DNA of 64,000 nt from Phyllosticta citribraziliensis (Eukaryota): the NCBI RefSeq assembly GCF_038025025.1, contig NW_027117348.1, forward strand, positions 1,302,001-1,366,000. Direction: 5' to 3'. The first letter of the stretch is position 1. Every line of letters starts with the position of its first letter. Positions 57,238 through 64,000 of this stretch are shown here, one piece after another. Made by a program: the position numbers and the translations under genes. The notes beneath the pieces were generated by a model. The model was not told where the DNA came from and made no database searches. It saw only the letters and a list, made by a program, of their open reading frames with translations.

Positions 57238-58803
57238 ATGACCAGATTGTCGGCTTCTGTTTTGAGGCATTTGAGGTCTGGTGCGTCCTCGGTCAAGCCA
57301 GGCCGACTGGCTGAAGCTCAAAAATGCATCACTGCTCGCAAATTCAGCAGCACAGCCACAGCATGCACCGACGGCGTCTTCAGGGACTTGACAGAGGCCC
57401 GCATTCAGACCCCGTGGATTGAAGCCTTGCGGAAGAAACAGCGCGATGGCGAAGACCCGACAAGAGCTTCGGGGATACCTCAGGTCCCGGCGAATCGCAA
57501 TCTCGAGCCCAAGCCCATGTCGGACAGCTACCACCGCGTCGTAAGCTAGTCAAACTCGACCACATATCCAGATACTGACCCAAAAGATTCTGCCACTGGC
57601 ACAAGACCCATGGCTTCTCGACACTTATCTCAACTCGTCTGGCCACATCAGGTGTGTGGATAGCCACCAAGTTGGAACCCCAGCTAACGTGACTCAGGCT
57701 CGGGACCATCTTCATGGATCTGGATGCCCTCTCAGGCGTCATTGCCTACAAGCACACGGGCGAAGAAGTCACGACAGTAACGGCAGCATGCGACAGAATC
57801 ACTATCCGCAATCCTCTTACCGAGATTTGCGATCTCGAGTACAGCGGGCAGGTGACGTACGCCACGGGCAGGAGCAGCATGGAAATCTCGCTCCAAGTCG
57901 CCAAAGCCCCAAAGGAAGGGCAAACGGTCCAGGAGAAGGATGTTCTCATGACCTGCACATTCACCATGGTTTCCCTTGATCCAGGGACGAAAAAGTAAGT
58001 CTTGGATCCTCTCAGCTGGTCTGATGCTAACGCGGGACAGGCCCGTCAACGTGAGCCCGCTCCTATTGAAGACGGAGGAGGAAAAGGCACTGTTTGCCAG
58101 AGGCGAGGAAAACTCGAAACGCCGCAAGGAGCTCAAGACCAAGTCCTTGATCAAACACACGCCCAACGACGAAGAGAGCGACATCATCCACGCCATGTGG
58201 CAGAAACAACTGCAATGGCACGACCCCAACGACCCGCTCCGCCGGCCCGCCAACGTGCAACTCATGTCGGCGACGCGCGTGCAGACGGCCTCCATCATGC
58301 AGCCGCAGTACCGCAACCGGCACCACTTCATGATATTCGGCGGCTTCCTGCTCAAGCAGACGTTCGAGCTGGCCTTTTGCTGCGCGGCGTCGTTTGCGCA
58401 CACGCGGCCGACTTTCGTCTCGCTCGACCCCAGCACCTTCCAGAACCCCGTCCCCGTCGGCAGCGTCCTCTACATGACGGCGACGGTCGTGTACACGGAC
58501 CCGCCGGCCGTCGTCGACCCCGCCGACTCACTCAATGCGTCCACGGAGAAGAGACGCACCCGCGTCCAGGTCCGCGTCGACTCCAAGGTGCGCAACGTCG
58601 AGCACGGCGAGACGAAGCCGACCGGCCAGTTCAACTACACCTTCACCGTCGACGCCGACGTCAAGGTCATGCCTGAGACGTACACCGAGTTTATGCTGTA
58701 CATTGATGCGCGGCGCCGCGCGCGGCAGGTGCAGGCCAGCATCGACAAGGGCCCGTTGGGCGGGCGCGTCGATCCGGGTGAGGGCGAGCGCGTCATGGAG
58801 TAG
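57238..58803 (+). CDS. Mitochondrial double-hotdog acyl-CoA thioesterase (ACOT9-like)
   Basis: Presequence, MSDSY, GHIR|LGTIFMDLDAL, VTAACDRI, GRSSMEI, IMQPQYRNRHHFMIFGGFLLK, FQNPVPVGSVL. Three canonical introns. Confidence 0.92.
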
Positions 58804-60150
58804 AGCAGATCCTCCGCCGCAGCTATCGCGAGGTATTCGTCGCAACAGATAATTCATCGTCGGTGGGAAGTAGGTGCGCGTTGATAGAAGTAGAATAGAT
58901 ACCCATTCCCGTTGTACCAGGGATGGAGGTAGGGCGAACGGAGAAATGCAGGCATGCTCTTGAAGAGAGAATTGGATAGTAAGAAAGAAAAGAGCCCACG
59001 CCTCGCTGAAACGCAAGAAGCAGCCATCTACACATCTATCCATCGTCGTCGTCAAACATCTACCGCCGTCGTCTCTACCCAACAACATCTCTGAGCAAGC
59101 ATCTCTCATCTAGACAAGCAAAGGACCAAAAGAAAACCAAAGCTCCAATCCCACCGCCGTCCCTCCTTCTATTCACTCATCTGTCCGTTCATCTTCGGTC
59201 GGACGCCCGGGGGCTCGCTCGCTCTTCCGTAGGTGTGTGAATGGTGGGTCCCGCATCGCAGCGCACGCACGCGCCAGGACAAAGACCCTGATCAACACGG
59301 ACGGCGCTCCTCCTGGGCTGGCTCGCTGGTCTAGCGCTGTCGGATATCGGTCGGTCGCCACACACCTGTCCGGCGAGTCTGCTAACCGTCCGTCCGACCG
59401 TCCGTTCGTTCATTCGCTAGATAGCTCGTGGCGATTGAGGTGGGAGAACTTTTGAGGCGTGCTGAACTGAGATGCGAAGATGCGGCGGGCGGGCGAGGAG
59501 CGCGGTTGGTGGTCTCAAACTGGGCGGGTGGCGGCGGAGAGCGCGGTGGCGATCAACTGGCGAGAGACGCGGTGGCCGTGCGTGGTGTTGGTCTATTCTG
59601 CCCGGCCCATGCTCCTCCCGCGTACCGTACCGGAATAGTGCGGTGTGCGGTGAGCGGTTTGCGGTGTGAGACAGGAATAGGAAGAGGATAGGATAGGGGC
59701 CTCCGCGCGCCGTGTCACGCCGGCAATTGAATTGCCGCGACCACCGCGCAGCCAGCCTACTCAGCACGAAGGGAGGTAGTCTGCTCAGGAAAACGATGGA
59801 AAGGAGGCAGAAACGTTGCTGTGCGCTGCGAGCCAGAGAGGAGAACGCATGGCCAATGCGCGTGGAGGAGCCGGATAGGAGCGTCGGATGATGCGCGTAG
59901 AGTAGGACGACGGTGGGTAGCTTGGGACGAGACGAGACGAGGAAAAAGGGCGAGGGAAAGAGTAAGGAGACAGAGAGAAAGCAAAGAAATGCGCCGAGAG
60001 CGCCGTAACACGCGTGCTGAAGAAGAGACGGAAAACACCAACCAAGCAGCAAAAGTTCTCCAACACCAACCAGACAAAACGCCCAACGCAACCCAACCAA
60101 TCAAAAAAAGCCCGAAGCTCAAAAAGGCGACATCAACAAACACAGCGCCA

Positions 60151-60375
60151 CTACATCTCATCAAGCTCAAACTCCAAGCTGACGTCCTCGGAGCAGTCGT
60201 GGCAGTAGTAGTTCGAAAAGCCGGCGCACTGGACCTGCATGTTCTTGCACATGTCGATGCTCCAGGCGTCGTACGAGTAGCCCGACAGCAGCCGGTTGGG
60301 GCACACCTCGATGCTGTTGGCCCAGATGTAGTAGTCGTGGTTGCAGTAGTACCAGCTGTAGGTGTAGGAGCACAT
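60151..60375 (-). CDS. 74-aa Cys/Tyr-rich small protein, putative zinc-binding
   Basis: GCCACCATG Kozak context; nearly all codons end in C/G (TAC, TGC, GAC). MCSYTYSWYYCNH...C...C...C...CHDC. TATAAAAA on the minus strand at 60692-60699. Confidence 0.8.
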   Translation of the reverse strand: MCSYTYSWYYCNHDYYIWANSIEVCPNRLLSGYSYDAWSIDMCKNMQVQCAGFSNYYCHDCSEDVSLEFELDEM

Positions 60376-62343
60376 GGTGGCTATTCTTCTTTTTCCTTGC
60401 TTCGCCTTTTCCTTTTTGGAGGGTGGATGGTTTGGTGGCCTCAGTTGAATGGATGGGATTTCTATGTGCGAATAAAGATGCCCCAAGGAAGCGGAGAGAA
60501 TTGATGGAGCGAGGGTATTTGTTAGGCGTGAAGCTGCAGCGCGGCCGTTGTTAGCGAGTGTATGGATTGTCGAAAAGTCAACGACGCAGCGCAGCGCAGC
60601 GGAACAACATTCAAATATATACACATACCCCCGAAAGCGCAATGCACACGACAAAGAAGATAACGGGGGTTATCTCTGCGCACCGGAATTATTTTTATAA
60701 AGCCAATGCCACGCGCGCGCGCTGCTGCTGGGCGATAATAGCGGTGGGTGTGGGGAGGGGGAGCGATCTAGCCCGAGCTGGAGTGGTCCGGCCGCGGTCG
60801 AAAAGAGGGTTCCCTTTCTTTGTTCGCGGGTGCTGGTGCTGGCTTGCTTTCAGCCCAACCAACGCGCGACGGATAGCTCGGCAGGGCGTACGCTGTGGAG
60901 GCACTGTACTGGCCGGCGCTCGTCTTGTGGTTGTGTGGTACGGCGGCTGAGGAGGATTATTACGTGGTGCCGTGGGCGAAGGAGATAACGGGTATTGGCT
61001 AGGCGCTGGAATGAATGAAGAAGTAGGTAAAGAAAAAGGACTGGACTACTGGGCTATCATCCACCACAATAGCTGACCGGGTTGAAGTAGAGCCTCCATG
61101 AGACGTCCGGCGACGAGGCCGTGGTATTTATGCCGGCATGGAGACCCCATGTTGGCGCCGAAGCCGAACTCGGGCAGACAGACAGGTCAGGCTGATGAGG
61201 CTGTGGTTGGAGGAGATGGTAAGCGTGTGGTCCGTCCGGATAAGGCCGTGCGGCGCAAGACCCTGGACCTGGACCTGGATGGACCGCTAAGACCCTGCAT
61301 ATCCCTTCGCTTATCCATCCCCTGGGGCAGCCTTGGAGTATCAAGTCCTGTCGAAGCCGTTGGGCGTTGGGTTGGCGGTCTCGCTGTGTCTCGGGCTGAT
61401 CCGGCACGTTTGCCGTTCGCTGTCCACTGTCCTCGGGGTGCTCTCCTTCGAACTCTGCGTCTCGTTACGGCTGCGTCCGTCGACAAGCATCCCAATCCCA
61501 GCGTCTGCACCGGGGAAACTGGCCCGCACCTCTTCATCTCAACACCACCAATTCCCCGCGCCGTGTGTATGCATGTAAATATCTATGTACCTCGGCGTTC
61601 GTCCAGCTCCCCGTCCTTCTCTCCCGTCGCGACACACAAGCGCCAAACGCCCAGCACCGATGCAGCGCCGCGGCGCCCCCGGACACATGCGGCGGTCAAC
61701 TCCACATCAGCTGCCTGCCTGCGTGTCTGCAACACCCACAGAAGAGAAAGCGAGCAGTGGTCGGCCAAAAGTCCTCTCCATCCCACCCACCACCATCCAC
61801 TCTCCGCTGGTCCAGTCTAGGGAGCTTGGCAAACGCGCCAAACGGCACCGCACCCCCCATCCCTTTCCTTTATTCTATGTTTGCCGTCCTCAATCACCAC
61901 GGCTGCTCCGGCGCTGTTCTTCGTGTTTCCAATTACGCTGCTGCGGCTGACTGACGCCGTAAGCGCGTCAAGTTGTCGCGTGGCTACGGCAAGGTAACCG
62001 GCTGTCTGAATGCGTCGCCTCACGACGCAGCGAACACATCGAGGCCAGACGGAATCCCGACGCACCACCCCGTCCCACCACGCGTCTGCCTGCCTGTCCG
62101 TCTGTCCGTCCATCCGATGCACGCACGCACAGGCACTCGCCTCGACGCTCCCCCGACCCCCCGCCGACCTGAGTGGAGCCAGCTGGCTGGCGCGCGATAA
62201 GGACCAGCGCACCCACCACAGCGCAGACGACGGTGGTGGCACTTGGTCGATGCGCGACGAAGCCAGTCTACGGAAGTACCGGACTGCTTGATCTGTCCGA
62301 CTTGACTGAACTCAACCTTTTGTCTCTCTCACTCACGCTCTCA

Positions 62344-62440
62344 CTCACTACTCACTGCTCACTACTCACTACTCGCCACTCACTACTCACCACTCACCAC
62401 TCACTACTCACTACTCACTACTCACTACTCACTACTCACC
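62344..62440. repeat. (CTCACTA)n heptamer tandem repeat, about 14 units with variants
   Basis: Directly visible units CTCACTA, CTCACTG, CTCGCCA, CTCACCA. Confidence 0.9.
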
Positions 62441-63398
62441 TGCCCAGCTCTGCCTCAGCTCCACCAGATGCCAGAGAGGCTGCTGCACTCAATATCTAGC
62501 ATTCTCGACACCGCGCGAATCGCAAGCAAGGAGAGGGAAATCGAGATGAAACGAAACAAAAAGCGAGAGAAAGCGTGCGCTTGAAGGCGTAAGGGACAGC
62601 AGAGAGAGCAGACCAGACCAGACCAGAGCGGCGCGCACACGCATGCTCAAGAGCTGCAAAAAGAGAGCGAAGAAGATGAAGGCATCATAAGGTAGGTACG
62701 AAAGCCGGTGGGTGGCCAAGCACCTCGCGGAAGGGTGAGAAAGAAGCCCAGCAACACAGCATGGAAAACACGACAGAGCCTCGTGCAAGCAGGTAAGGTA
62801 AGGTATAGAATATATGCATATGTTTATTGCCTGAGCCGGCCAACCCATTGGCCTTGGCCTATCCCGTTCCGCATACCTTACCATCCCAAATGATATGAAC
62901 TGTTCAGCAAACGAAGCCAACGAGCTCACCGACCGACAGACTGGCAGTCCAGCTGTCCGTCAGCGAGCCTACCTGCCTGTTTGCCTGATATCCCTCAGTC
63001 CATCAACGTCGTCAATGATGCATGATTCCTTCCGGCAATCCATCCATGCATTGTGCATTCCCATCCCATCCCATCCCATTCCATCCATGTCCGTGTGCAG
63101 AAGAAAGGGGGAGAGAGAAGAGAAAGAGAAACAAAAGTAGTCGTGGTGTGTATGAGCCGTGCCGAGAAGAAAGAAAAAAGAAAAGGAAAAGGAAAAGGGA
63201 GGCGAGCAGCAAGTGTCACGGCGACACTGCCGCAGCTCGGCCATCCGTGTTTACTGTACAGAGAGGAGAGGTAAGGAGGATTGCATGCCTGCTTTTGTAG
63301 TTATGGTCCAGTTGATGCAAATGTGTGGTTGGGTTGGTTCGGTCGGTCGCCGCCCGTGACTTCACACGTGACGTCGTGATACAAGTGATCAAAGAAGC

Positions 63399-64000
63399 TC
63401 ACGCTCGGCCGTGGGTGCGCAACAGCTCTTCGTCGTACTCGAGGCGGTTGATTCTCTTCTTAGTATACTCAAAGGCCGAGAAGAAGATGGCGTTGACGAC
63501 ACACGAGCGGCTCATTGAAACGCCAATGCCTGTCATTGTAAATCAGATTAGCGCTTGTCACTGACAGCCAAGACGTTTTGGTTGGTCGATTTGCTCCCCT
63601 AGTGCACTTGACTAGCGTGCAGGCGGGGTGGTGCCGTGCCGCCTATGACGTACCCTTGTACATGCGAGGATTGAAGAATTGAATCTTTGGGCGGTCCGTT
63701 TTGTTCCTGTGTTGTGTGAAGCAGTTGCGCTGGTAGATGGACTTGGCCGTGTCGATGGGGTAGATGCAGGCCCAGCTGACGAGGCCACAGAGCCCGCCTG
63801 CGATGACGACGGCCAGAGGCGAAGTGGGCGAGTTGCCGCGAGCATTGGCAAGGAGCTGCTTGGAGCTTTCGTACGTTGTGAAATATATCCCAGTCCCGAT
63901 ACTATCGCGGACTACCGTTGACGTCAGCATTGCCTCCTCAGTCAAACCGACACAACTTACGCAAGTGGTAGTGGACGCCGGCGTAGAGGCCACCAAAGCC
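63399..64000 (-). CDS. Mitochondrial carrier family (SLC25) protein, 3' part
   Basis: RDSIGTGIYFTTYE, AGGLCGLVSW, signature YPIDTAKS, RMYK|GIGVSMSRSCVVNAIFFSAFEYTKK. Intron 63530-63653. Continues beyond the window end. Confidence 0.92.

Noticed and set aside
62344..62440. Heptamer array as a CRISPR array or telomeric repeat
   Set aside because: No spacers, eukaryotic host, and the unit is not TTAGGG; a simple minisatellite.

Overview
Eukaryotic, intron-containing fungal DNA (filamentous ascomycete, Pezizomycotina). This is inferred from GT..CTRAC..YAG introns, mostly 44-60 nt, and from gene content; the order cannot be fixed from this window. About 20 protein-coding genes. Conserved core: Tag1-like vacuolar membrane protein, ARG3, SOG2, a Tcp11/IQ protein, a COG0523/CobW zinc GTPase, PNK1, MED18, KGD4/YMR31, a Pro1 tautomerase, an MHYT membrane sensor, an ACOT9-like thioesterase and a mitochondrial carrier. 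Two accessory-looking stretches. (i) About 0.5-9.3 kb holds a frameshifted coiled-coil gene, a DUF3716 Cys-cluster gene, two convergent retropepsin-like genes that both lack the catalytic Asp, and a DUF6594 membrane protein; this is the best candidate for an undescribed system. (ii) About 20.7-26.3 kb is decayed coding sequence including an internally duplicated domain. Other signals: Zap1/ZafA-type zinc-responsive elements upstream of the COG0523 gene, a 74-aa Cys/Tyr-rich microprotein with very long flanks, a GC-AG intron and unusually long PNK1 introns. No tRNA, rRNA, CRISPR array or intact transposon was recognised. All family assignments come from motif recognition by eye, not database searches.
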